From Octopus sinensis (lineage: Eukaryota), in contig NC_043008.1 in NCBI RefSeq assembly GCF_006345805.1, forward strand, positions 3,534,001 to 3,598,000: a DNA stretch of 64,000 nucleotides. The letters run 5' to 3'. The notes beneath the pieces were generated by a model. It was not told where the DNA came from. It saw only the letters and a list, made by a program, of their open reading frames with translations, and made no database searches. Below are positions 40,350-53,677 of this stretch, piece after piece (the stretch's first letter is position 1; each line of letters begins with the position of its first letter). The position numbers and the translations under genes are program-made.

Positions 40350-41075
40350 AACTATCTATGAGACATGATGTTGTAGCTAGAACACTTTTTAATGAGATCC
40401 GGCGGAAGGATTACACTGAGGGTAAAGAAATAAGAACCCACAGTTTGGTGGAATTCATAGTCACTCATGATAAAAAGGGGTAGTGATGGAATGACCCCGT
40501 GAAGACCTCAATAAAATGTAAACACAACAGAGCTGATATAATGGTTTGAGATAGAGAAGAGAAACTGTGCACAGTTATGGAAATCAGTTGTCCAGCGGAT
40601 GTTAACATAAAGCTGAATATCAGTGAGAAAAAGAATATCTACGCTGAACCATTGAGAAATCTGCAGTTATTCTACCCAAATTACAAGTTCAGGTTAATAT
40701 CTATAATTATTGAGGCACTAGGATATGTAACACACTGCCTAAGTACCACTCTTGAAAAATTAGGCTTCACAACACCAGAAAGGCGAAAGCTAATTCGAAG
40801 ACGACAGATTCAAGGCACCACTGGAACTAAAAATCTGTAAAACTTTCCAGAAGTTTAATCATTTAAGTATATATGAAAATGTCGAGATATGCAAGTATAT
40901 GTACGAAAACGCACACATAAAACAAATTTCCACGTATACATACATGCACACACATGTTGATGTTGTTAAAACTCCAATGAAGAAGCCTTGAATCTAGGTT
41001 AGAAACCGATTCATTCTCTATTGGCAACAAATCTTGAAATAAAACTGAATAATGTCGTACATACATGTGTGAATT
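40350..41075 (+). mobile_element. R4-type (RLE) LINE 3' fragment with UTR, copy 3
   Basis: RHDVVARTLFNEIR...KCKHNRADIMV...MEISCPADVNIKLNISEK...IIIEALGY...GTKNL. The UTR ends aaataaaactgaataatgtcgtacatac. Confidence 0.88.
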
Positions 41076-41677
41076 TGTGCCTCCACTTCTTTTTAGTGGC
41101 TTCAGTTGCAAATATGGTGTGGCACCTCCTTTAATGGGATTTAGACAATCTTAACATCTTCATGATGTTTTTAATCGATTTCTATTTATCTTATCTCTGA
41201 TGTACGTGTTTATCTTAATAAACGAACGCATCTTGACACATCAGCAAATATAAGCACGTGCATGACTACAGATACATTTATCACGCAGATATCCATATTT
41301 GTGTGTGCATGCACGTAGACATCTGTTTGTGCGTATGTGTGGTACGTTTATTTGCGTGTGTATGTGTGTGTGTGTGTTCATTATAAGCGACGGGTGAAGT
41401 AATAATACCAAAAAGAAATTCTTATATTCAACTCAAAACGGACGCCTTGCGAGAAAACCAAACAGTGCGATATTGGCATCGAGAAATTCTCTATTAGGTG
41501 GTGCGTGGTGTATAATAGCACGCGCAGAGATCGCAGCAGAAGATATTCTTCGGTCATGGGCGCCGGACTTACATTCATATATATATATATATGCGTATAT
41601 ATATATATGCAAGTATATAGACATAGATAGATAGATTGACAGACAAACAGACCAATGCATAAAATATGCATATGATA

Positions 41678-41736
<59 letters not shown>

Positions 41737-41741
<5 letters not shown>

Positions 41742-41832
41742 CTGCTCGCTTAGCCAGCGGGGTGGCGTCATTCGAAGGGTATTGTGACCGGCGATGTGTA
41801 AAAACATCTGATGGACTGGTCGGTCACGTGAT

Positions 41833-41840
<8 letters not shown>
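41737..41840 (+). mobile_element. Short dispersed-type repeat embedded in (TA)n
   Basis: tggcctgctcgcttagccagcggggtggc...ggtcacgtgatcacgtga flanked by (TA)n. The family assignment is from recall only. Confidence 0.4.
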
Positions 41841-41891
<51 letters not shown>

Positions 41892-42664
41892 TACTAGGCT
41901 TCGCGTAACCCGTTGTCACCGGGAAAGTCTGAGTTTCCCAGCAATGGAGTTTTGTGTCGCGTGTTGTTTCTTTTCCAGGTTATTTCGCTGCATTCAATGA
42001 ATGTGACATAGAAATCACGCGTAAACGGCTCCTTTCCCCAGAAGAGGAAACATTTGGGTGCTATTTCTTGCACGTCCTGCCACCACGTAACAGGTATTTC
42101 GGGTCCGTTATCGCAAATAGTTGTTACGTGGTAGGAGGGCGTGCTAGAAATAGCAACTTAATCTTTGGCGGTGGGATACGTTGAATGCACTCGAAAAAAA
42201 TGCTATGGAAAAAGATTATCTCATGCCGAAATTACGAACGGGTCTTTTACGAAATATTTACCGTATTTTTAAAGTCATTTTTGCTTTAAAATATGTTTTT
42301 CAATGTACCAAAAAAGTTTTGTAATGGTATTCACTTGAAAATAATTTTAAGAAACATAAAAATAGTGTTTGTTGAAAGAAAGCTAAAATATAAATATTTA
42401 AAATATAAATTCTCAAGAATGGAATGAGCACTGCAAGAGCACACACTAAGACGGAAAGAGTCACTGAGGAGGTCACAAATGTGTGACGAAAGATTTCCGG
42501 ACAAGAGACATAAATTAGAATAGAACAGTCATAAACGAATGAAGAACGAATATATAGTGCGGGTATTATTTGGGGGAAGAAAGTATATGACCATCCCGAA
42601 ATACAACAATATCGGTTTCAACGCACGACTTCACATCAGGAATCATGCAATGCAAATTCATAAA

Positions 42665-42671
42665 CGTATAT

Positions 42672-42760
<89 letters not shown>

Positions 42761-42834
42761 GATAGATAGATAGATAGATAGAGATAGATAGATAGATACA
42801 TACATACAGACATACATATATACATAGATAGATG

Positions 42835-42896
<62 letters not shown>

Positions 42897-42997
42897 GAGA
42901 TAGAGAGATAGATAGATAGATAGATAGAGATAGATAGATAGATACATACATACATATATACATACATACATACATATATACATAGATAGATAGATAT

Positions 42998-43053
<56 letters not shown>

Positions 43054-43260
43054 GTAGATAGATAGATAGATAGGTAGATAAGTATGTAGGTAGGTAGGTA
43101 GGTAGGTAGGTAGGAAGGTAGGTAGGTAGGTAGGTAGGTAGGTAGGTAGGTAGGTAGGTAGGTAGGTAGGTAGGTAGGTAGGTAGGTGCATGCATACATA
43201 CATACATGAATACATAGATACATATATACATACATACATAGACACATACATGCCTAGGTG
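42665..43260. repeat. About 600-bp compound (ATAG)n/(TACA)n/(GTAG)n microsatellite
   Basis: Directly visible. It is the source of the long YLSI/YLPT ORFs. Confidence 0.97.
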
Positions 43261-43784
43261 AGTAGACAGGTCGAAAATAGTTAGATATAGACAAATATGG
43301 CGGACTTCACACACTTGTCGTCAGCCAGCTTCCACAGTAAGCGATCCTCAAGCGCTGTGATGTCTAAAACAAACTAAAGAACTAAACTTTAGTCGTAAGT
43401 TTTTTTATGTATTTTTTATGTATTCATCAGACACTTTGGTATTACTTTTCTGATATACTTTACTGAGCGACATAAGCCATTCATTATCGTTATTAATCAA
43501 CCGAAGCAACAATTGTGTGAGAAACCTCCGCAACTGAGATGATTTGCACTTCCAAAAACAAAAAAACGTAACGATCATATTTGTATGTAGGTAGGTAGGT
43601 AGGTAGGTCAGTAGGTAGGTAGGTAGGTTTGTATGTATTGTTGTTGCAAATATGGCCGCTATTACGCCGATAATATATTGTTAGGCCATAGATTATGCCG
43701 TGGTGTGTGTGTTGGCTGGAGAAACGATTGTCATATTGCATCATAGAAACTTTTGTTATGCAGAAGGAAGAAAAAGTCTTTAAA

Positions 43785-43838
<54 letters not shown>

Positions 43839-43861
43839 TTGTGTGTATTTTCCTGGATACT

Positions 43862-44100
43862 GGAGGCGCGTGGCTCAATGGCTAGGGTGTTGAACTCATA
43901 ATCATAAGATTGTGATTTCGATTCCTGAACTGCGCGATGCATTGTGTTCTTGAGCGAAGCACTCCATTTCATGTTGCTCCAGACCACTCGGCGGGCAAAG
44001 AATGAGTTATCCTGCAACAGACCGGCGTCCACTCCGGTTGGGACGCCATGGAAACCGACCGTATGAGTCTATATGACTAGGGGAAGGAACTCTACATTCT
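43862..44100 (+). mobile_element. tRNA-derived SINE family C
   Basis: A-box-like tggctcaatgg, B-box-like atttcgattcc, then tgtgttcttgagcgaagcactccatttcatgttgctccag. Confidence 0.75.
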
Positions 44101-44154
44101 TTTTTATTCGTATGTATATATATATTTTTTGTGTATATGTAGACATACTTACAA

Positions 44155-44223
<69 letters not shown>

Positions 44224-44339
44224 TTATCAGAGAGAGAGAGAAAGAAAGAAAGAGACTGATAGACAGACACACAGACAGAGAGTATTAGCGCTAAATCTTA
44301 AGGTGTTTGTGCCTCCTGTTTTCAGGAACAACAGCGCTG

Positions 44340-44820
44340 GAAAGCATAAAGATTAAAGTTGTGGGGGATATGGAGGACTGGAAGTCATCTGAAAATTGGA
44401 AAAGTGTTACCTGCATCAGAATGATTTGCAGCAGGTATCCAAATGCTGACATCATGACTACGGATCAATGTTGTGTGAACACTGTAAAGGCTGTAAGACG
44501 TGACATGTCCAGCATCAACGGAGACGACAAAGCTGCGGTCAGCTGATTGCGTCCGAACGCCGGAATTCATTCAAGAACTACAGGATAAGATATGAGCAGA
44601 GGAATCCGAGCAAAGGAATCTGAGCTTTGGAGTCGCCACCATGGAGCTGGCCCTGCGAGAGGACCTTCGATCCTGCAAGAGGCGCTAGGGACAAATTTTG
44701 ATAGCCAAGACCAAGAGCCACTTGATGAAGACAGAGAAGCTCCTGAACAAGCAAAGGCATCATATGGAGATGATGCAGATGATCTGCTCTTCTCAGATGG
44801 AAAGAACTTTTGCCAGGATC
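44340..44820 (+). mobile_element. Tc1/mariner (DD37D-like by inference) transposase N-terminal fragment
   Basis: Across frameshifts: SENWKS...NTVKAVRRDM...RSADCVRTPEFIQELQDKI...LREDLRSCKRR.GQIL...KLLNK...LFSDGKNFCQD, resembling FFSDEKNFCQD. Confidence 0.75.
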
Positions 44821-45637
44821 TATGTACATAGATCCTGGCAACCAGAACTATATATACACATAAACTCATTAGTTCATTGATACTGCTTCACAAGAGAAGC
44901 AACCAAAGAGAGTTTATTCTACATCCTAATCTCAAACTAATAAATTTACTAATCCAATATTAGGAACAAAATATATTCAACCCACAACATCAGATTTCGC
45001 TTCTTTTATAAATACGATATACATGACTTGTGCAGCTCAAAGTCTGCAACGCTTCCATTAGTTTGAATTGTTCTTCTAGAAATGCTCAGAAATGTGCTTG
45101 TGCGCAAATATGGCCACTTCGACATCTGACGTGTGGCACACCATCCCTCTGTACAGGCAGTGTTGGTTTCATAGCGGAGGTGAGCTTATTGCAGTACAAT
45201 CGTTGGATCCCTAAAATCAAATAATCTAAGCTGCTCGTTCGGCATGAAATTATAGAACTGTGATTCATAGGCTACCCTGAAATGTACACATCCATACGAG
45301 TAGCCATCGATAAAATCCGTTTTGACTATCTTAGCAAATGCACAATTTTTAAGTATGTGCTATTAAAGATTAATTTCTTCAGTTGAAAAAATTTGCATTC
45401 AAATCCATTTTGAAAAATCTTGTGCGCGCACGTTTTCTCCTTTGTGTGTTTATTGTAAAGCGTGTACGTGCGTACAAATGCACAGTTTGGTGGGAACAAT
45501 TGTCTATGTTCGAGAGATGGACATGGAAACCAATTTTGCCTTCCCTGCTTTGCAGCAAATACACACGGAATTGCTGAGATAGTGGAAAACAAAAATCTTG
45601 AACGTGTATTTTTTTTATTATTTTGTATGTGCGTGCG

Positions 45638-45668
<31 letters not shown>

Positions 45669-46129
45669 TGTGTGTGTGTGCGTGCGTGCGTGTGTGTTGT
45701 GTGTGTGTGTGTGTGTGTGTATGCGTATGCATTTTCGTAAGTATGTATATTTGTGTCTGCTCTGATTTATTAAGCACCACACCCCGTGGTGAACTGAATC
45801 TGTTGCAGATTTTATTCCTGGTTATATCTATTTCATGTTATGTTTATTCCTATGATAAAGGTAAAAAAAAGCCACAGACTCCTCTTCCCACACCACCGAA
45901 ACCAAAGGAACCTGTCTTCCTTAGATTCCAAACCACTTTTTGTGAAATGTTTGTATTTTACTCCGTGTGCACATACTTGGTATGCATTCGTCAAAATGAG
46001 AAGTATTACTGTTAGATATCAGCTTAATCTTATTGAAATCACACCGCATTGACTACCTTAGCAAGGAAGATAGCATTGTGGGAAGTCGGACTAGACATAC
46101 AAAAAAGGCAGAACGCTCATGGATGTTGT

Positions 46130-46345
46130 GACTGTCGTTAGTTGTAAGTTTTGCTGAGGCGACGAGATTGCAGAATCGTCAACCCGTAGGACAAAGTGCT
46201 TACCGCCACTTTAGTCGGATTTTACGTTTCCAGTTCAAATCCTATCCAGATCAACTTTTTCCTTTCATTCATTCGAAGTCGAGAAAAAAGAGTACGAGTA
46301 AAGCATTGAAGTCGGTGTAATCGCCTTGTCCCCCACCCTTCTAAA
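46130..46345 (-). mobile_element. SINE family A copy
   Basis: ttgcagaatcgtcaacccg...tttacgtttccagttcaaatcc...caactttttcctttcat. Confidence 0.65.
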
Positions 46346-47049
46346 TTAATGACCTTGTAACAAAATTAGAAAGATTAGGTTTTATTCGATCACAGTTGAC
46401 CTATATATAAACAATAACAAAACAACCAACAACAGGTCTATGAGCAGGTGCAGTAAGGCGTTGTCTGTTTACTTCGGTGTGTTTCACGTGGGTGTGGGGT
46501 GTGACCTATTGTCCTAGATGTGAAAAGAACTTATTTATGCTTTATAAAGAGTCAACAGCTGGCTACCGCTACTTTCCTCGTTGGTCTTTTTGAAAAAAAC
46601 TGAAGACGAAATTTATGGTTTGCATTGCGTTCATTGCTCCACGTAACCCTTATAATCCTGTACAGATAGGCTTGTTAAGGAAAGATCCTCTAGAACAGAG
46701 TTGGTGATCTTTTCACCCATTGATGAAATATTTGTCCACACTTAACTTTCTAACAAACGCTAATGAAGTCTCTAAAACATATTAAAAAGAAAAATCGAGC
46801 ATGACCGAAACAAAAAATATATACACAAACTGCAGCGTGTACAAGGATGTACATATAAGCTGTGGGAGTTGTATAAATGTGAGGCACAGCAGGTTTACAT
46901 ATAAATATGTGGTGCAGCAGGATTTGCAAGCATGCCTTGCAAATATATTTATACTGAGAATAGATGTGAATAGTGAGGGTGAGTTCTCAACTGGTGGACA
47001 AATACTTTGTTTATTTGAGGTTCTTTTTGATAACCTGCTGTTTCATGCA

Positions 47050-47150
47050 TTGTATGTTGCAATTTTCATGTCATCATTCAGTTTTATTTCAAGATTTCTA
47101 ACCTAGATCCAAGGCTTCTTCGTTAGAATTTCAACAACACCAACAGGGCA
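47050..47150 (-). mobile_element. Isolated copy of the 3' UTR found at 40955-41075
   Basis: Reverse complement tgttggtgttgttgaaattctaacgaagaagccttggatctaggttagaaatcttgaaataaaactgaatgatg aligns to 40955-41065, with an internal deletion. Confidence 0.75.
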
Positions 47151-47404
47151 TTTTTGTATGTATGTATGTATGTATGGATGGATGGATGGATGGATGGATG
47201 TATATATGCATGTATTTTTGTATGTATGTATACGTGCAGATTTGTACAAAATGTTTTAGGATACTGCTTCACCGTCCTAGGCCACCGGTCATCCCACTGG
47301 ACGCCAGCTTCTGGTCAGTTCCGAGCAGTTGATCAATTTGCATGCATCTGCCAACGTGTTGTGGACCGGTTCAACTTTCGCAGGCGTCCCCAGTGTTGCT
47401 AGTT

Positions 47405-47540
47405 AGCTAATTAGACCTGAGATTTGAGAATTACAAATAAGGAATTTATCTTTAAGCGAAACATTCTGTATCAAACTAAATCATTCTCCAGAAACGAAAG
47501 ATCTTGCAAACTTTATATAAGAAAAAGCTTCGAAATCCTT
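47405..47540 (+). mobile_element. Penelope GIY-YIG C-terminal remnant
   Basis: Decayed sequence resembling IWELK.K...SPETKRCKLC.KEKFEIL. Confidence 0.4.
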
Positions 47541-48088
47541 TTTACCATGTGTTTCTTCCTCAGCACACATTCTGAAAAACCTTCCACTTTTCCAGCATAA
47601 AACATTTATGCCATTTTAATAATTGAACCCACCACGTACGTCAATAAGCAATATTACATGGTACGCATATCAGCAGATTTTATTCTATTATAACACGTAC
47701 CGCACAGAAACAATCCATATATTCCAACTCTAACCTTTTTCTCTATTCAACCCAATTATTTTTAAGCAACTTTTGTTCTGCCAGCTCCTTTACTGCTCAA
47801 ACAGATATATTTATATCATACAAGAGAATCCTATTCAAAGTCTATACTGCCATTATATCTTATATTCTATTCTTTAACGTAGCTTAACTTCTGTAACAGT
47901 GCATCGCATACTTTACACCTTCCATCTCCATTGCTATGTTACTTGCCATTCACTAGCGACTCTCTTTAAGCGTCGTCTTTGTCATATTCACTTTTTATGA
48001 AACTAAGAAACCCTTTCTCTCTCTGTTTCTTCTTTCTTTCTGTAAGCTTCCATTTCCTTCCATAATATTTTTGAAACAATCATTCTGC

Positions 48089-48168
<80 letters not shown>

Positions 48169-51100
48169 ATGTCAAATTCATATATCTTCACGAGTATTTT
48201 TATACATATGCATATATATAATTATGATTCGCTATTGTCCTCAATGTATAATCTATTTTTCACCTTTATCCTATTTATATTTATGTGCACACTTTTGCAT
48301 GTATGTTTTATATTTGATATATGTGTGTGTATGTATATATATATATATATTTACACATACGTATTGTACTGTGTCAATGAATGTTTGCATTTATGCAGAA
48401 TTTGTGCTACATTTATATATACAATGTTACATACATTCGTAAATAATTTATGTATATTTGGACGTGTTTATAAATATTTACATTCAGTTCGGTGCTTACA
48501 TATTATCCTATAACTTTCATTATATATTCATATATAATTATATGCCACAATTTTTCGTGTGTGCATTCGTATACTTATTTCTAGATGTAAGAATATATAT
48601 ATGTTTGTAATTCATATATGTTCATACATTTATACTTATCTCTTAAGTACAATTTTTTTTTTAATCACTGGGTTTTTTTTTTTTTGCAGTTATTTCCCAT
48701 TAAGCACGCATCTTGAATTTCAGTTTCGCTCGGCAAAAATTTACGAGCTTAAAAGCATATATTGCCTTTTCTTTGCCATTAGTTTAACACTTTCCTTTTT
48801 ATATACTTTAGTTTAATATTTGTTAACAATACTTTTATAGTCCTCAATTCTGATTTATTTCTTTATTTACACGCAAACGATGGTTTACCTAGCAAATCTA
48901 CTAACGTTCTTTCGGGCGTCAAGATCCTTTTCATCTTCTTGAAATTAACAACTATTTATTACTTTAACCAGATTTCATAACCTCCCTCTAAACTTAAAGC
49001 TCTCGCAGCCATACTTTGGAAGAATCTCTCTCCCCAGCTTCGCCTCCCACCCTTTCTATCTCCTTCTCTGTCTCTTGATATATATATATATATATATATA
49101 TACGTGTGTGTGTGTGGTGTGTGTGTGTGTGTGGTGTGTGTGTGTGTGTGTGTGTGTGTGCATATCTGCATACATACATACCCATTTGGGCATCATACTT
49201 TAAGTAAATACACCACGCAACGCAAATTTATTGCAGTATTCGTCCTGAGACAACATTTGTTATGAGAATACTATGTCTAAAGGCAGTAGGCAAAATCCTC
49301 CCAATACCAGCTGATTAGAATGCAAAAACGATTTTCGTCTGCCTCTGATATATATTGTGTGTTTAAACACAGCAAGTCCACAATAGATATTATCTCTGAA
49401 CAAATACCGCAGTAAAATTGATTTTTGTGACGTATTTATAAGAAAGTTGATACATAGATGACTACTCTAATATGATATTGCTTCTATTGGCTATAACAGG
49501 TATGAAAGCCATACTTGCACTGTTTGTACATTGTAGCTTTGGGTTTCAGCTAAATTGATGAAGCGTTTTGTGTACTGATAGATTTAGTTGAGCGTTCTGT
49601 CTGTTCATCAGTGAAAGTGGAAGGATAATCTTCAATGGTTGGTTTTATAAATGCTAGCCTGCTGTTAGATGTATCAATTTACAACTAATGATACGTTTTG
49701 CTTCTTCATTTAAATATTTTGGAGAAATATATATTTTGGGGTATTTCAGAGTTCCACAAATTTTTCAGCCTTTGTATTAAACCGAACTTTTGCGAGTCAA
49801 GTAGTATATGTGCTTCATATATAAATCTTTGTTAAAAGATCGTCGGTCCATTGTATACGGTGATTGGAGTCACGATTTAGCCATGATGATTCTCTCTATT
49901 CACAGATATTTAGATTTGTTTTTCAAAACAGACAATGATCTTCTTTAAAAGTTTCTACAAAGTTTGTCAGAATTAAATTCAAAGTTGTTCACAGCTTGGG
50001 TAATCTTTCCCTCGGGGTTGTTTTTAATTCTATAATTGTATTTAAACGTACATATTGAGCCGTTTGTCTTTTTCGTGGACTGTTCTGAAATGTTTCTTTA
50101 CTTGTTTATGAATGTGTGTAACATCATACTGCTGTGTTTATATATATAAAAAGGCAATGCTCTAGCATGGCCGCAGTCAAATGACTGGAACAACTAAGGA
50201 GAAATTGTTAAGATGGAGATATCAGTATCGATAGAGATATGTAACGTCTAAAACACTGACACAATAATATTTGTATGTAATCTTACCGTAGTCTGCAGCT
50301 CAACTTTTCCAATATTTGGTATATTGCCTTCATATGAGCAGTAATTTCACACATTCAAGTATCGAACTGACCATATCGGTCGCCATGCTTATGTATGTAT
50401 GTATGTATGTATGTATGTATGTATGTATGTATGTATGTATGTATGTATACAATCATATATACACGTTCACATAGCCAAATAGTCAAACAGTAGTCGAGAG
50501 AAAACCTATGATTTTTAATTGTTTTTTTAAATATGTTATGACTCGATTTCATATCAATCATGTCTGCACCACATGTATTAGCTGAGAGCTATCATATGTG
50601 TTCTAGTCCATTCATAGTCAACCGTTTTCGAAAAGCGGGTCGTATAACACATCGCTCGTTATTAGGTAGCCTGCACTATTAAAATCATTCATAGCAATTT
50701 TTCGTTTGGCCTGCTCTTGGGAAATTCTTACCGGCCACAGTTTAACCATGACAGCGCTAGACCATTACCATTATAAACACTTAAGCGTTGACTTTAATTG
50801 TATATCGAGTTCCAGTAGCTCATTAACCATACACATCTGCTACTTGAATATTAGACACGGGTTCCTAATAAGACCCATGCTACGTATTGTATCTTAACAA
50901 GAACGAGTTTGTAAAGTTACTATCTGATAGAGCTTTTGTTGGTGGAACACATGAGTAGGTTTTTCACACTTTGCTTTTGTCGTTGTTTCTCTCTGCCTAT
51001 ATGGAGGGATCAACATTCTATACAAGAGGTAAGATATGAATAGTCAATGAGCATAGAAGAAAGTTTGTGACTAGACCAACATATTCAACGCTTCTTTGAA

Positions 51101-51689
51101 GCTCAGTAATGATTCGGTGTTTAGTCTAGATAATTAGTACCACCACAAACTTTTAGTGGGTGACCCAGATTTATTAAATAAATTTGGCTTTACAAACACG
51201 TACACATAAAGAAAACCTGCGGCAATATATTTGAATTAGCACCTCTGCCTAACAACCACCAGCACAAACAAAACTGTTTCACTTCTCTAATATTTCTGTA
51301 CTTAATTTTGTAATAACAATTAGCAGCGAATCGCTTTCCAGTGACTCCGGTGAGAGTAATTCCTCTTGTCTCTAAAACACAAAACTGTATGATAAAACAA
51401 ATCTGTGGTCTTTTCAAATTAGCTTTGTTGAGTTTTGTTTTGAAATTTAGTCTGTAATGGCTGCCTGACGAACTGCGTGAATCTTTCGAGTGAAGAAACT
51501 GCTAGCAACTGTCGCTGCTGCTATTAGTAGACAAAGGCACGTATGTATGTTTCTGCGTGTGTTTGTGTGTGTGCGTGTGTGTACGTGTATGTGTTTCGAC
51601 TTAGATAACTTAGATATGTTTCCACCAAAGATTGGCCCCGGCCATGTCTAACTTAATAGCACCACCTGACAGTATTTGCTAAAACCTTT

Positions 51690-52145
51690 TTAAGTCAGGT
51701 TTTGTGATATCATGGCCCATTCGCGCAGGGAGTTCTTGTTGAGTGATGTGTATTCAGGTACAGGATGTTTATCTGGTATCCCTTGAAGAAATTTGTCCGG
51801 ATTCTGTTTAAAGGCCGTGGGACCCTTTTCCTCTTTGGTCTTTTTGAGAAAATGTTAAATAGGGCAGAGCCTGTTGAGGAAAAGATATTGTGCTGCAGTG
51901 TATTTATGCGTTGTGATCCTGAATAGAGTAGAGGGGGAACGGCATGTGTTCCTTGCCTTGGATGAATTCTGAAACTAATGTCGAGATATTTGGGCAATGC
52001 TGGTGGTATATTCTCCACATCGCACAAATAGTGTATCGCTCACCGTGGCGCTGGGGAGATTAGAGTTTCAATGCTTGAAGGCGATCCCAATAATCGAGAT
52101 CAATCAAGCCCTTGATTCCTCAAGTGAATGCCCTTTGGAGTGATT
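51690..52145 (-). mobile_element. CR1-group LINE 3' coding end (decayed)
   Basis: ESLQRAFT.GIKGLIDLDYWDRLQALKL.SPQRHGERY...HPRQG...TLQHNIFSSTGSALFNI...FKQNPDKFLQGIPDKHPVPEY..LNKNSLREW. Confidence 0.85.
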
Positions 52146-52276
52146 CAGTTTTCGAAATGTTTTGTTTTGTGTGGAGAGACCACGATACATTTATATGCAA
52201 GATTTGTACTCATATGAGGGGCGGCAGTATTCGAGGTGTATGTATGTATATATGTGTGTGTGTATGTATGTGTATG

Positions 52277-52324
<48 letters not shown>

Positions 52325-52384
52325 CATGTATGTATAAGTATATGTGTGTGTGTGTGTGTGTGTGAGTTTGTGTGTTTGAGTGAG

Positions 52385-52610
52385 TGACTTAGTCTGTGTT
52401 TGTTCCCCACCGCCACTTGACAGACGGTGTTGGTTTATTTACGTCTCCGTAACGTAGCGGTTCGACAAAAGAGTGCCCGATGAAATAAGTACCATGCTTT
52501 AAAGCAAAACAAGTGCTGGGGTCGATTCATTCGACTAAAAGTTCATGAAGGTGGTGCTGTAGCATGGCCACAGTCCAATGATTGAAAGAGATAAAATATA
52601 AAAGACAAGC
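52385..52610 (+). mobile_element. SINE family B 3' half
   Basis: gtttacgtctccgtaacgtagcggttcgacaaaagag...ggggtcgattcattcgactaaa...gcatggccacagtccaatgattgaaag. Confidence 0.8.
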
Positions 52611-53473
52611 AATGTACATTTTATGCGTGTGCGAGTTAGTGCGTTTTTATGTGTGTGTGTGTGTATTTTTGCGTGTGCATCAGTGAAGGATATTCTGTGT
52701 TTGTAAGGTAACCGCTTCGCACCTCGAATGATTTTCAGGAATATTAACTTCCATCTATAATATCATTATAAATCATAATGGCGAAACGAATCTTTCTGCT
52801 TCTCTTATGAAATATGACGGCAATTATTCCGAGATAGCATTTCACACCTCATAGCTACCGAGCGCCGTGCTGATAGCGTCATACTAAAAGATTGACAAAA
52901 TTAGGACCTCAGGTGAACAACATTCTCCAATCACACATGTATTCGTTGTCATGGTGAAATCTTGCATGTATAAATTCGCTGGAATTTTATTAAATAAAGC
53001 TGATGTTCTTTATAAGAATTCTGTTCGTGCGATATCATGATGTAATTTAGTTGTAATTTCTTACCAAATCTAATAATAGATACTCAGAAACAATGATTTT
53101 GTTAGGTGGAAGTCTGAGGCCGTTGACCTGTTGACATGGCAAATCAGGCATTGCTGTTGTTTATGCTGTTAGAATTTAGTCTTTGGAATTGAAAGATTCA
53201 CTAACATTCATCAGAAATAATGCGCAATTTCAGAAGTAACATTTATATTTATGTATTGATGTTCATCTCACAGCGGAACCATATGTTCATACTTAGAGAG
53301 AGAGGCAAATCGCAAGACAAAATGATTTCATGTCTCATAGGACCACATATATAGATACATATATAAATATTTACACACACACACACACAAACATACACAC
53401 ACAGGCACACACATGTATGTGCGTGTATATATGTGTATATATATATATATATACCAAACAAACTTTCTTATAT

Positions 53474-53512
<39 letters not shown>

Positions 53513-53621
53513 CGTCTGTCTGGATGTTTTGTTGTCGCCTGTTACGTTCTTGTTCCATTTTTTGTTTGGTTTTTTTTTCGATGAATTACATGTGTGTTTT
53601 GTCGATAGATACATTGTGGAA

Positions 53622-53677
<56 letters not shown>

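Noticed and set aside
43862-43935. tRNA gene candidates (also ~5400-5460, ~4085-4150, ~61125-61195)
   Set aside because: A/B-box-like motifs are present, but there is no complete cloverleaf and most run into SINE bodies. They are SINE heads.
44307-44880. Overlapping ORFs after a ttttcag acceptor-like site as host exons
   Set aside because: Stitching the frames yields a Tc1/mariner transposase N-terminus.
49300-51450. Further Penelope-like remnants (also ~53000-53230)
   Set aside because: Only faint motif similarity, too decayed to call by eye.
51710-52027. 105-aa ORF with natural-looking composition as a host gene
   Set aside because: It is a frameshifted piece of a CR1-group LINE C-terminus, and the adjacent frames supply the rest of the motif.
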